DNA from: an uncultured Aquimarina sp.
GTDB taxonomy: Bacteria > Bacteroidota > Bacteroidia > Flavobacteriales > Flavobacteriaceae
DNA: 64,000 nt
Assembly: GCA_947498595.1 (NCBI GenBank)
Contig: CANMKX010000021.1
Location: 9,594 to 73,593 of the forward strand
Direction of reading: 5' to 3'
A program made the translations under genes and the position numbers. Positions 20,694 to 30,429 of the stretch are shown in pieces; position 1 is the first letter of the stretch, and each line of letters opens with the position of its first letter. The notes beneath the pieces are model-generated. The model made no database searches. It saw only the letters and a program-made list of their open reading frames with translations, and had not been told where the DNA came from.

Positions 20694-20924
20694 CTATGCG
20701 CATAAAGAGTCAAGGGAACTAATAAGTAACTTCAATGCATCTCTCCATTTTTTTGGAATTAGAGGAATATTTGCTATTAGCCTAACAATACTTCCAATTT
20801 TATTCCATATCTGGCATATTTTAGAAGTTATATCTAGTGATTCTTGGTTTAAATCTGATTCTAATTGATTTAAATTTAAACTCTCAATTTCTTTGTTTAC
20901 CGATTCAAATGTTAATTCTGACAT
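20694..20924 (-). CDS. 76-aa peptide with acidic leader and cationic amphipathic core (two Cys)
   Basis: ATG ORF 30 bp upstream of the protease gene; composition read directly from the translation. Confidence 0.75.
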   Translation of the reverse strand: MSELTFESVNKEIESLNLNQLESDLNQESLDITSKICQIWNKIGSIVRLIANIPLIPKKWRDALKLLISSLDSLCA

Positions 20925-21010
20925 ATCTTTTAATTTTAAATTAATATTAAAACTAAAGTATAAATATCTGTATATTAGAAAAATACCCGTTAAAAGGTAT
21001 ATTTAGATTT

Positions 21011-21231
21011 AATCCCATTCCATACACATTACCACTTCTCTCCTATCGTCGCTTCGGGCAAAGCGTATTCCATTACATTTTTAAAGAAACATTTGAGAAG
21101 AAAAAAATAAAAGAAAATTTGTCTTTGGGAAAATCCAACGCACCATCTCACGCATATATATAAAAGTCTACTAGACTTTTATATATATGCTGTACCAAAG
21201 CAAAGTTACATAACGTTTTATTATAATTATA
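21011..21231. repeat. Inter-module repeat R3 (most complete copy)
   Basis: Stem, A-rich tract, perfect 19-bp inverted repeat GCATATATATAAAAGTCTA-C-TAGACTTTTATATATATGC (21152-21190), then AAGTTACATAA-7bp-TTATAATTATA. Confidence 0.88.
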
Positions 21232-21248
21232 TAGAAGAAAATATATAG

Positions 21249-21539
21249 CTATGAATTCTTTTCATAATCCATACTTTGGTTCAATACACGAAGAATTAAA
21301 ATACCTATATCCGTGACTAAATAAAAAATAGTATGAGATTTATACGAAAATCTTTTTAAAGATAGAATAAATTCAGATGCATCACGACCAAGTGTAGCAT
21401 TATCAGCTAATACTTGAAAAAGAGTATGCATTCCTGATAAATATGTTTTGGCTTGTTTTAATCCAAATGTTTCAATGCCATATTCATACATTTTGGCAAG
21501 ATCAATTTCAGCTTTTCTTGATAATTTATAATTGGTCAT
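21249..21539 (-). CDS. parE: ParE/RelE family toxin (likely start MTNYKLS at 21539)
   Basis: YKLSRKAEIDL...FGLKQAKTY...SHTIFY...ILILRVLNQSMD pattern. Confidence 0.88.
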   Translation of the reverse strand: MTNYKLSRKAEIDLAKMYEYGIETFGLKQAKTYLSGMHTLFQVLADNATLGRDASEFILSLKRFSYKSHTIFYLVTDIGILILRVLNQSMDYEKNS

Positions 21540-21783
21540 CTGCTCGCATTCGGTCTTCAACTTCCTTCATAATATCTAGAACGGATTTATCACTAACACC
21601 ACTTTCCATACCTTCAGTTATAGCTACTTTAAGTACTAAAAATTTAGCATTTTTTAGTTGATCTCGTCTTACGAGATCACGAAGATACTCACTATCATTA
21701 GTAAACTCTCCTGCTGTGATTCGTGACTTTATCCATTTATCTTGCTTTTCTGTAAATGTTATTGTTTTTCTAATTGTAGACAT
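21526..21783 (-). CDS. parD: ParD (ribbon-helix-helix) antitoxin
   Basis: RKTITFT...G.FTNDSEYLRDLVR...AITEGMESG; overlaps parE. Confidence 0.88.
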   Translation of the reverse strand: MSTIRKTITFTEKQDKWIKSRITAGEFTNDSEYLRDLVRRDQLKNAKFLVLKVAITEGMESGVSDKSVLDIMKEVEDRMRADDQL

Positions 21784-21813
21784 AATAACCTGTTTAAATA
21801 ATCATACTATTGA

Positions 21814-21850
21814 TGTAATATAATGTATTTGATCGTATATTACAAAATTA
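21814..21850 (-). promoter_or_regulatory. parDE promoter with probable autoregulatory operator
   Basis: TGTAATATA-N13-TATATTACA inverted repeat next to a TAATTTTG -7 box on the minus strand. Confidence 0.4.
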
Positions 21851-21885
21851 TAGAAGTCAATTTCATACATTCAACAACTATTCCT

Positions 21886-22165
21886 ATTCCATACGCATTT
21901 TGCCTCCACTTCTTCTGCCCTTTCTGCAAAAAGAGTATTTACTCACTCTTCATTTATTTGATAAATAGGTATTCGTGAACCCTGATGGGTTTCATTAGCT
22001 TTTTAAAGAAACTTCAGGGAAAGGAAAAAATCTAAAAAGAATGTTATATTGTGTAAAATATCCTACAATAATCTTTTTATCTTGATCCTTCGATAAATTC
22101 AGGGTAAATGACAAAAGAACAAAAAACTTGTACTGAGCTTGCCGAAATATCAAAGCTGCATAACA
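21886..22165. repeat. Inter-module repeat R4 (interrupted)
   Basis: 21886-21940 is nearly identical to the start of R1; A-rich block resumes near 22005; ends CAAAGCTGCATAAC (cf. CAAAGTTACATAAC). Confidence 0.7.
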
Positions 22166-22180
22166 CTTTGGAATGCCAGC

Positions 22181-22264
22181 CACATCATCTCGCAGATATA
22201 ATAATTCCTCCACTGGAGAAATCATTATATCTCGTGTTTTACCAAAGTTTTCTGAGGCCGTTTT
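22181..22264. repeat. Repeat block B, copy at the left end of the ebo module
   Basis: Aligns by eye with 33208-33286; partial copies at 13252-13276, 13569-13598 and 32713-32749. Confidence 0.7.
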
Positions 22265-22271
22265 GCCTCCG

Positions 22272-24131
22272 CTACATCTGAGTAAGTAGCTTAGAACAAT
22301 TCTGCCTAAGTGCTAAAGCATTATTATCTGCATCACTAAAAAATGCAAATTTATCGGTATATCCTTGATCTGAGGTATTAGATATAATTTCAGAACACTC
22401 TACATCGTGGTCTTTTAAAAATGTTATCATTTTTTCTATATTTTCAACCACAAGTGTTGGTATTGTTCCTATACCATTTGTATTCTCTTTAAAAGGTTCT
22501 TTTATATCATTATACAACCCAATTGCTGTAGTTACACCCATATTATTAAATAATAACTGAACGTATGGTACCGCTTTAGGTTGTTCTTTTTTTGTAATAG
22601 TATAACGTTCATCTATTTTTCCACCCAAGATGTTACAATAGAAGTTGATAGATTTACGCATATCGCTTACTGAAACTTTTAGGACCATACCTTGATAATT
22701 GGTATTTGCTCCTTCCATATTTTCATTATTTTTTTCGTTATTATTATTTTTCTTGTCATTTGGAATACCTCCAAAAATATTAGATAGAATCACATCCTTA
22801 ACCTCAACTGCTTCTAAATACTTTTTGTCATTACCTGCGGCTACTATAATTGGCTTTTCAGAATCACTTACATTAGTTCTTCCGTGAGACCCTTTAATTA
22901 ATTCGGCTGTAAGAGGTATTACATCGAACAACACTCTAAATCCTATTTTTTTGAGTAAAAGCTTGGTTATTAACTTTAATTTCAGTCCTCTTATTTTAGT
23001 GTTTAAGAACATTTCAACAGGATCGTAACCTGGTTTTTTGTGTATATCTACTGTACGTGCAAAATCTGGCGCTTTTTTATCATCTAACCAATAATAATAT
23101 GTAAACCATACTTCTTCTTTTGCAACAACCATAAAATTGCCTGAGCGTTCATGCCAAAGTCCTCTTTTTTGTTGTTCTTGTTTATCTAACACCTCATCTA
23201 TATCTGTAATACTTTTTAATAAAGTCATGACTTTATCTTCAAAATGTGGTAAGCAATATATATGAGCAACTTGGTGATCTGCTACTGCAAATGCTTTGCT
23301 TGCTGCTGCGTCTAATAATTCTTTTCCATTTTCTACTCGAATATTTAGTAACTCTTGTTTTCTGAATATACGATTAAGATGAATCGGTTTAGACACCGAA
23401 GAAATACCATATTCAGAAAGTATTATTGGTGTTATATTTTTAGTCTCATAAAACGCAATCAAATCTTTTAAAAGACTATCTAAATCTTTAATATCCTTTT
23501 GAACTTCTTTTGAGTTGTAATCGTATTTCTGAAAACAATAATCTAAGTGTGGTAAATAGATAAGTTGTAAAGTTGGGTTATATTTATCGTGTACGTATTT
23601 TGAAGCATCGGCGATCCATTGGCTAGATTTTATTGTTGTTCTAGGTCCCCAAAAATCGAATAGAGGAAAAATACCAAGTTCTTTCTGTAATTCATCTCTA
23701 AGTGTACTTGGAGAACTATAACAGTCTGGCTTTTTTAATCCATTTGCCCAATATTGAGGTCTAGGCGTTACAGAGTAATCTACACTAGAATACATATTAT
23801 ACCACCAAAACATATTGGCACAGGTGAAGTTGGGATTTATATCACGAGCTTCGTCCCAAATATTTGGGACTTGTACTAGTTTATTAGATTGTTTCCAGAA
23901 TTGCACTTCCGATAACTCTTTATTGTACCATCCGTTACCAATTATCCCATGTTCGGCAGGTAGTTTCCCAGTAAGGTAGGTAGTTTGCATGCTACAGGTT
24001 ACAGCTGGCAACACTGGCTCTATTGTTGCTAATTGTTTGTCTTTAGAACTCCATTGAGAGATAAACAATGTTTTATCCTCTAATATTTTTGCAGTAAGTC
24101 CTACTACATTAATGACAACGGTTTGTTTCAT
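22272..24131 (-). CDS. eboF: EboF-like alkaline phosphatase/nucleotide pyrophosphatase fused to a C-terminal VOC (glyoxalase-like) domain
   Basis: VVINVVGL, PAVTCSMQ, YLPHLDY, DHQVAHIY, DIHKKPGYDP, KGSHGR; tail VSDMRKSINFY...FFSDADNN. Likely start MKQTVV at 24131 overlaps the eboE stop. Confidence 0.82.
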   Translation of the reverse strand: MKQTVVINVVGLTAKILEDKTLFISQWSSKDKQLATIEPVLPAVTCSMQTTYLTGKLPAEHGIIGNGWYNKELSEVQFWKQSNKLVQVPNIWDEARDINPNFTCANMFWWYNMYSSVDYSVTPRPQYWANGLKKPDCYSSPSTLRDELQKELGIFPLFDFWGPRTTIKSSQWIADASKYVHDKYNPTLQLIYLPHLDYCFQKYDYNSKEVQKDIKDLDSLLKDLIAFYETKNITPIILSEYGISSVSKPIHLNRIFRKQELLNIRVENGKELLDAAASKAFAVADHQVAHIYCLPHFEDKVMTLLKSITDIDEVLDKQEQQKRGLWHERSGNFMVVAKEEVWFTYYYWLDDKKAPDFARTVDIHKKPGYDPVEMFLNTKIRGLKLKLITKLLLKKIGFRVLFDVIPLTAELIKGSHGRTNVSDSEKPIIVAAGNDKKYLEAVEVKDVILSNIFGGIPNDKKNNNNEKNNENMEGANTNYQGMVLKVSVSDMRKSINFYCNILGGKIDERYTITKKEQPKAVPYVQLLFNNMGVTTAIGLYNDIKEPFKENTNGIGTIPTLVVENIEKMITFLKDHDVECSEIISNTSDQGYTDKFAFFSDADNNALALRQNCSKLLTQM

Positions 24132-25345
24132 ATTGTTTCGCCTATACTGTTTCTTACCCAATTAATTTCTCTAGTTACAGCATCTATTATATCTGTTTGC
24201 ATTTGATTTGGTAACACGTCCCATGTGTAGGTTTCAATTTCTAAATGGTCTGTAAAATTATTGGTTTTCCAAAATTGTAATGTTTCAATTATATCGTCTT
24301 GTGTCGATTGTAAATCTTGATATTCTGCCAAAAACACAGGAACATGATAATGCGTTCTTAACTCTTTAAAATTTGTTACATTCATAGCTTCAATTGCTGC
24401 ATCTAAATCTCTAAATTTTAAAGAGTTATTTTCACTCGTCTTAATAACCGCTTGATGCAAATAATTAGGTTCGCGAAAAGGTCTTAAATAGCTTTGTAAT
24501 TCTTCAATAGTGTTATTACTTTCTACATTACATTTTAAAGCAGCACTTATCTGTACTTTGCCTATTTTAATAGCATTATTCTTCATTTTCTGGATAACCT
24601 CTACTGGCTTTTCGTATGCTATTGAGAAATGACAAACATCGAAACATAACTGAATATGTTCCCTTATAGCATTGTCTGATTCATTTTCTGTACAGTTAGT
24701 GTTTTTCATTAATAACGGAACACCTAATTTTAAAAGGTAATCGTTATAAAAATGTAAAAACTCTTCCGAATTTTCAATAACCCCATCTGGTTCGGGTTCT
24801 ATATCTAAATGCATATTTTTCCCTGTCTGATTCTTTAAATCCATAAGGTGCTGCACAACATCAATTAAAAAATCACAGGCTTTTATTTTAGCATCTTCCA
24901 ACCTCTCTTCTGTTGCATACCAGTATTTATAAGATATTGGAGAGGTTGAAATCCCTCCTAATATGTGTTCAGGTACTAATGCTCCCAAAATATCAAATAA
25001 TAGTATGGTGTATTCCTTTCGCAAGTCGGTAGTCCAATCTGGCGTATGTACCTGGTCTTTAATAGTCTCTCCATGAAAATTCCCATAAGGAAAACCATTT
25101 ATAGTAAATACATAGACATTATTTAGTGTCATCCATTCTTTAAAGGCATGCAATTTTGACTTATCACTTAATTCAATAGCTGCTTGATAGGACAATCTTA
25201 AACCAATGCCAAAAGGTTCTTTTTCTGAAACTTTTTGTTTAATATTAAGTAGATACACTTTTAGGTTTTCGAATATTTCTACCCACGATTCGCCTGCATG
25301 AATATTTGTGCAATAACTTAAATGTCCCGATTTACCTATTCTCAT
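24128..25345 (-). CDS. eboE: EboE metabolite traffic protein (TIM barrel)
   Basis: LSYCTNIHAGE, NGFPYGNFH, KDQVHTPDW, EPEPDG, RTHYHVP, EIETYTW. Confidence 0.9.
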   Translation of the reverse strand: MRIGKSGHLSYCTNIHAGESWVEIFENLKVYLLNIKQKVSEKEPFGIGLRLSYQAAIELSDKSKLHAFKEWMTLNNVYVFTINGFPYGNFHGETIKDQVHTPDWTTDLRKEYTILLFDILGALVPEHILGGISTSPISYKYWYATEERLEDAKIKACDFLIDVVQHLMDLKNQTGKNMHLDIEPEPDGVIENSEEFLHFYNDYLLKLGVPLLMKNTNCTENESDNAIREHIQLCFDVCHFSIAYEKPVEVIQKMKNNAIKIGKVQISAALKCNVESNNTIEELQSYLRPFREPNYLHQAVIKTSENNSLKFRDLDAAIEAMNVTNFKELRTHYHVPVFLAEYQDLQSTQDDIIETLQFWKTNNFTDHLEIETYTWDVLPNQMQTDIIDAVTREINWVRNSIGETI

Positions 25346-26529
25346 GCTTTTTGCTTTTCTATGGTTTCAAATGTTTTAGCATAGTATACAGCTTCATTTA
25401 ATTTTTGGGTTTTCATGTCGTGGACTTCTTCTCCTTTACCTATTGCTTTTAATAGCATTATTGTTAATATGCCTCCCAAATGTTCTCTAAATTCTTCCAA
25501 ACCATTAATTAATTCTGAATTAATGGTATTGCCATTTTCAGTATCAAATAATAATGGATGGGTTAAACTAAAACCTAAGTTTTTAAAGCTATTTAAAATT
25601 CTTATCAAATCGTTTTCAGATAAATAACCTATTTTATGGGAATAGCAAGAATCTAAAACAATACCTATAGCTACTGCTTCTCCATGCGTTAAAGTATAAT
25701 CGGTAAGATATTCTAATTTATGCGCTGCCCAATGTCCGAAATCTAAAGGTCTTGAGGATCCTTGCTCGAAGGGATCACCACTGGTTCCTATATGTTCCGT
25801 ATGCAGTTCTGCACATCTAAAAATTAGAATTTCCATTGCTTTAAGATTACGATTATTCAATAATGCTATGTTATCTTCTATCCAGTAAAAAAATGATGCA
25901 TCTTTAATTAACGCTACTTTTATAGCTTCAGAAATTCCTGATCGCCAATCTCGGTCTGATAGTGTTGTTAAAAATGTGCTATCGTTTATAACGGCAAATG
26001 GTGGTTGAAATGCGCCAAGAAAGTTTTTCTTATTAAAAAGATTAATGGAGTTTTTAACGCCTACTCCCGAATCGTTTTGAGACAATACAGTAGTAGGAAT
26101 ACGTATTAATCTTACACCTCTATGTGCTATAGTACTTGCAAAACCGACCATATCTATAACAGCGCCTCCTCCAATAACTAAAACATAGGAATGTCTATCA
26201 ATTTTTTCATTGTTTAATAAAATGAGAACGTTTTCTACTGCTCCCCAATCATTCTTAATATTTTCGCCACCTGCTACTAATAAAGGCTCTCCTTTTAGTG
26301 CTACATTATGACAACATGTTTTAAAATAAGCTTGAAGATCAATAATTAGATTTGGATGATGTTGAAACATCCCTTCATCTAAAACAACAACAGCTTTAGA
26401 CATAGTATTGCTATGCGTAGCCGTTAACACCTCTGCTAATAACGAATTATTTTTATTAAAAATAGCTTTGGTAAATGAGATATTATAATTGAATTGAACT
26501 TGAAAATTTTGTTGTATAATTTTATTCAT
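25342..26529 (-). CDS. eboD: EboD sugar-phosphate cyclase (3-dehydroquinate synthase-like)
   Basis: GGENIKN, GGGAVID, PTTVLSQNDSGVGVKN, RPLDFGHWAAH; operon context. Confidence 0.85.
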   Translation of the reverse strand: MNKIIQQNFQVQFNYNISFTKAIFNKNNSLLAEVLTATHSNTMSKAVVVLDEGMFQHHPNLIIDLQAYFKTCCHNVALKGEPLLVAGGENIKNDWGAVENVLILLNNEKIDRHSYVLVIGGGAVIDMVGFASTIAHRGVRLIRIPTTVLSQNDSGVGVKNSINLFNKKNFLGAFQPPFAVINDSTFLTTLSDRDWRSGISEAIKVALIKDASFFYWIEDNIALLNNRNLKAMEILIFRCAELHTEHIGTSGDPFEQGSSRPLDFGHWAAHKLEYLTDYTLTHGEAVAIGIVLDSCYSHKIGYLSENDLIRILNSFKNLGFSLTHPLLFDTENGNTINSELINGLEEFREHLGGILTIMLLKAIGKGEEVHDMKTQKLNEAVYYAKTFETIEKQKA

Positions 26530-26584
26530 AAATAATGTATCCTAGATTAATGCGTCCACCAATTAGTGTGTTCATTCTTTAAAA

Positions 26585-27472
26585 TTAAGTAACAGCATAG
26601 TGTTTTGCTATTATTATAGATATTGGAAGCAAACAAATAAGCAAAAGGGCATAATACCCATTTGAAAAACCAGCGACATAAATGGCGTTTAGCGGAATTA
26701 GTGATAATACACCTATTTTTACTGCTTGTTGAATTTGTTTTGGGTTATTCTGTTTTATAGCTCTTATTTTTGCAAATAAATTGATACCAAACCAAAAGAG
26801 TAAAAAGGGAATAGTAATCCATACATTCAAATAATCATTCAGCATTAAAACAACAAAAAACAAGGCTACCAGAGTATCTAAAACAATGGCTTTAATAATT
26901 GAATTCTTATTATTACCATGTGCTTCTTTTTGTCCTACTAAAGTAATAGCGCCTACAAACGCTAAAGGCACAAAACCAATAAACCATAATTCTTGAATGG
27001 TACTGTTTAGTATACTCATACCCAACAATAAATTCACTGACCTGCATAGCCCCATATTTATTGGCCCTAAAGCAGCATAGTGTTTTGCATATTTATCGTA
27101 GCTTAATGCTAATACTGCAATTAAAGAGGCTAATAGCCCACTTAAAGTAGAGGCTAGAAATGCAGCAATAATGCTCATAGAAAATAGAATTATTCCAAAT
27201 AGAACAGCTTCATTCATTGAAATTTTACCAGTAGGCAAAACTCTCTCTGGTCTATTCAGTTTATCATCGTCATAATCGAAAATATCATTAAACACTATAC
27301 CTCCTGCGTATAAACCAATAGTAGCTACTATTAATAAAACCATAGCTTCTAATTTAGCAGATACTAATTCTTGAAAAAAAACACCAGCAATAGCAAATCC
27401 AGCAATAACATCTGAAATAGCTGTTAAAATATTAGCTGGCCTTGCCATTCTTAAAAAAGAACCAAATCTCAT
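26585..27472 (-). CDS. eboC: EboC UbiA-family prenyltransferase
   Basis: RPANILTAISD, NDIFDYDDD...RPERVLP, MGLCR. Confidence 0.88.
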   Translation of the reverse strand: MRFGSFLRMARPANILTAISDVIAGFAIAGVFFQELVSAKLEAMVLLIVATIGLYAGGIVFNDIFDYDDDKLNRPERVLPTGKISMNEAVLFGIILFSMSIIAAFLASTLSGLLASLIAVLALSYDKYAKHYAALGPINMGLCRSVNLLLGMSILNSTIQELWFIGFVPLAFVGAITLVGQKEAHGNNKNSIIKAIVLDTLVALFFVVLMLNDYLNVWITIPFLLFWFGINLFAKIRAIKQNNPKQIQQAVKIGVLSLIPLNAIYVAGFSNGYYALLLICLLPISIIIAKHYAVT

Positions 27473-27473
27473 T

Positions 27474-28379
27474 TTAGTTTTTAATTATATTGGAATACGT
27501 TTTTTTAACAAACTCCTGTCCTCTTAATACTGAATTACCGTTTAATAATTCTTTCTCTTCAATTGTAATCTCTTTTAGCCAATCTGCTTCATTAAAGTGT
27601 CCACTTTGTCCATAGACATCTAATGCATTTTTATAACAGGTAAGATGTATATCTTCTTTAGAAACGCCTCTTTCATTCATTAGTGATGCTGTTTTGGGTA
27701 CTGCTAAAGGATCACTCACGCCCCAATCTGCAGAACTGTCTACAATAATTCTTTCAGACCCATATTGCTTAACAATGTCTACCATTCTTTCATTACCCAT
27801 TTTTGTATTAGGGTAAATAGTAAATGCTGCCCAATAACCACGGTTTAAGACATCTTTTACGGTTTCTTCATTGTTATGATCTATAACCACCATAGATGGA
27901 GATACGCCATGCTCTTCTAAAACGTCCATACTTTTTATGGTTCCATTTTTTTTATCACGGTGTGGTGTATGTACCATTATAGGTAGCTTCAACTCTTTAG
28001 CTAATTCTATTTGTTGTCTAAAGTATTTATCTTCTGCTTTGGTTTGATCATCGTAACCAATTTCCCCAATAGCAACTACGCCTTCTTTAGAAGCGTATAA
28101 CGGTAATAAGTTCATGACTTGCTCCGCTAAAGCTTCGTTATTCGCTTCTTTAGAGTTTAAACCAATAGTACAGTAGTGTTTAATTCCAAACTGGGAAGCA
28201 CGAAACCGTTCCCAATTGACTAGGCTATTAAAATAGTCTTGAAAAGAACCAACTGAGGTTCTTGGTTGTCCCATCCAAAATGCGGGTTCTATAATGGCAA
28301 CTATTCTTGCTGCTCTCATAGCTTCATAATCGTCTGTTGTACGTGAAACCATGTGAATATGTGGATCTATATATTGCAT
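27474..28379 (-). CDS. eboB: EboB TatD-family hydrolase
   Basis: DPHIHMVSRTTDDY, EPAFW, GEIGYD, HTPHRDK, DHNNE. Confidence 0.88.
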   Translation of the reverse strand: MQYIDPHIHMVSRTTDDYEAMRAARIVAIIEPAFWMGQPRTSVGSFQDYFNSLVNWERFRASQFGIKHYCTIGLNSKEANNEALAEQVMNLLPLYASKEGVVAIGEIGYDDQTKAEDKYFRQQIELAKELKLPIMVHTPHRDKKNGTIKSMDVLEEHGVSPSMVVIDHNNEETVKDVLNRGYWAAFTIYPNTKMGNERMVDIVKQYGSERIIVDSSADWGVSDPLAVPKTASLMNERGVSKEDIHLTCYKNALDVYGQSGHFNEADWLKEITIEEKELLNGNSVLRGQEFVKKTYSNIIKN

Positions 28380-28393
28380 ATATTTAGTCTTTA

Positions 28394-29221
28394 TTAGTTA
28401 TTGTATTGTTTTCCTATGTCAACCCAAATGGTTTTATATTCTTGTGTATTTGGGTTTACGCCTTCTAAAGTTATTTCTGCTGCTCTACGTTCTAACTCGT
28501 TAGTAGAAGCTATAGCTTTTCTTAATGTTTCTTGCAGTTTAGGGTTATTATATCCAGACATTAGTTGCCATACTTCTGGAGACACTGTTCGCCCAGCAGA
28601 CCATCTCTCATGTATATAATCGTTGAGCACTAGTGCTAATTTTTGATTATTCCGTTCTAGAAGGTTGTATATTTTGTATAATGGGCGCCCCATAAAAATA
28701 GCTTTTAATACTAATTGATTCCAAGCCTCTTCCGATAAAAAATGAGCTGCATAGGGATTGTTTAATGCAATAGCATCAAAAACATCTGTAACGTTGGTTC
28801 GTACTCCTTCTTCTACAAGGTAACTAAAGTTTTCTGCATTTTCTAAAAAGAAAAGATTCTTATAAAAATCTACTTGTTCTTTAATACTACAGGTTTCAAA
28901 AAGTCTTTTTAATATTGCTATACTATTTCTCTTAGGTAAAATAACCATAAGTAATGCTCTACAAAGGGACTGTTTATTCCATTCGCCTTCAGAAAAAGAA
29001 GGATAATGTTCTATTAAATATTGTAATTCTTTAGAATCCCATTCTATTGTATCGTTTAATATGAAACGATGCACTAAACTATAGATGAGGATGAATTGGT
29101 TTCCCAACTCATCCTTTTCTATAAGTTGGCTCTTACTAGTTAGCCACTGGACTTCTTCATCTTTTAGTTTTTTTAAAACTAGCTCGTGTAATATAGTTTT
29201 GGATGCTGCTGCATTAGGCAT
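28394..29221 (-). CDS. eboA: EboA family protein
   Basis: GVRTN...FDAIALNNPY...WNQLVLKAIF...HERWSAGR. Confidence 0.88.
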   Translation of the reverse strand: MPNAAASKTILHELVLKKLKDEEVQWLTSKSQLIEKDELGNQFILIYSLVHRFILNDTIEWDSKELQYLIEHYPSFSEGEWNKQSLCRALLMVILPKRNSIAILKRLFETCSIKEQVDFYKNLFFLENAENFSYLVEEGVRTNVTDVFDAIALNNPYAAHFLSEEAWNQLVLKAIFMGRPLYKIYNLLERNNQKLALVLNDYIHERWSAGRTVSPEVWQLMSGYNNPKLQETLRKAIASTNELERRAAEITLEGVNPNTQEYKTIWVDIGKQYNN

Positions 29222-29250
29222 ATTTTAATATGTTTTAAAATCTTTACATT

Positions 29251-30384
29251 TTATCTTCCAGGCTTGTGCGACTTAAGCATTGTTTTCTCTTCCTTTGTTA
29301 AATCTTCATCTGTTACATATTCGAAACTAGGCCCGGCAACATATCCTGGATTATTAGGGTCTGGTGTTGTAAGTAACCTTAAAGCATATAATCTTATCGC
29401 AAACATTAAGCCCATAGCCTTATCTATGGTATCTGGCTTACCGTTAAATGTTATATGAAGGCTATTTAATAGACTAGTATAGTTATAATTAAAAAACTTG
29501 CTATTTGTATATGCTGGAGAGTCTACTGGATAATCGTTCATCTTAGGATTCTCTTTCATATTAGGAACTTTAGACGGGTCATAAGGTATATCTGCTCCAG
29601 AATACGAATAACCAACTTTAGTACTTGAGTCTTTTACTTTTACCAGTTTCTTCCCTTTATAGATTTCTTCAAAACGATAATAGTGTGCTGGTTCTGGTGC
29701 TGCTTCTCCTGGCCCTAAATCGTCTAGGTTAACAAATGGATCCATACTTGTTCCTTCCCCTTGATCAATAATAATATTTATGGCCTTTTCAGCAGAATCT
29801 AAATCATTAATTGCAAATAATTCTTGTTCTGGAAACCATTTCCCATTTGCCATTTGATAGCTAGGGTCTCCTGTAAAAATTGTATTACAATTTTCTTGAG
29901 CTCTCTCTTCTAAAGCTTTCATGTTAGCTATGATTTTATTGTAAAACTCACCAATTGTAATTTCTTTTTTCTCCTCGAACGCTGCGGTTCTCATCAGTTT
30001 AATATCGATAGGGTCTTCTGGCTTCTCTATTGCCATAAACTTATCTTTTATTAACTGTTTAGAAAACTTAGCTATTGGTACTATTAAGCCTTCTTCTACA
30101 CCTCCTGGTAAAGGTCCAGGGTATTCGGGTATAAAACCAGGTTTATTTAACACTGGGCTTCCTCCAATTGCATTTAATAAATTACAGGCTATAGATAAAT
30201 GCAACATTTCTTCTCCTACTACCGAACCTATTAGTTTTGAAATTTCATCATTTCCTGTATTGGTAAGAGTAAAGTTAGCTGTTAAATATGGTGGTATTGT
30301 TGCGTGTTCTAATTCTATTGCTTTTTGTACGGCATCTCTTAGAGATTCTATAGAGTTTATTTGTATATTTTTAAGTAAAATCAT
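29251..30384 (-). CDS. Ferritin-like domain protein (VioB/RebD C-terminal type)
   Basis: QKAIELEHATIPPYLTA, EEMLHLSIACNLLNAIGG, IIDQGEGT, HYYRF. Confidence 0.8.
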   Translation of the reverse strand: MILLKNIQINSIESLRDAVQKAIELEHATIPPYLTANFTLTNTGNDEISKLIGSVVGEEMLHLSIACNLLNAIGGSPVLNKPGFIPEYPGPLPGGVEEGLIVPIAKFSKQLIKDKFMAIEKPEDPIDIKLMRTAAFEEKKEITIGEFYNKIIANMKALEERAQENCNTIFTGDPSYQMANGKWFPEQELFAINDLDSAEKAINIIIDQGEGTSMDPFVNLDDLGPGEAAPEPAHYYRFEEIYKGKKLVKVKDSSTKVGYSYSGADIPYDPSKVPNMKENPKMNDYPVDSPAYTNSKFFNYNYTSLLNSLHITFNGKPDTIDKAMGLMFAIRLYALRLLTTPDPNNPGYVAGPSFEYVTDEDLTKEEKTMLKSHKPGR

Positions 30385-30429
30385 GATATTAATTATTTTT
30401 TAGTTGAATAGTCTTTTTTAAGTTTTAGC

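Noticed and set aside
21995-22225. 76-aa minus-strand ORF
   Set aside because: It overlaps repeat R4 and block B, has no ATG start and has no protein-like features.
25342-26529. Housekeeping aroB
   Set aside because: Position inside the ebo operon and the RPLDFGHWAAH motif point to EboD.
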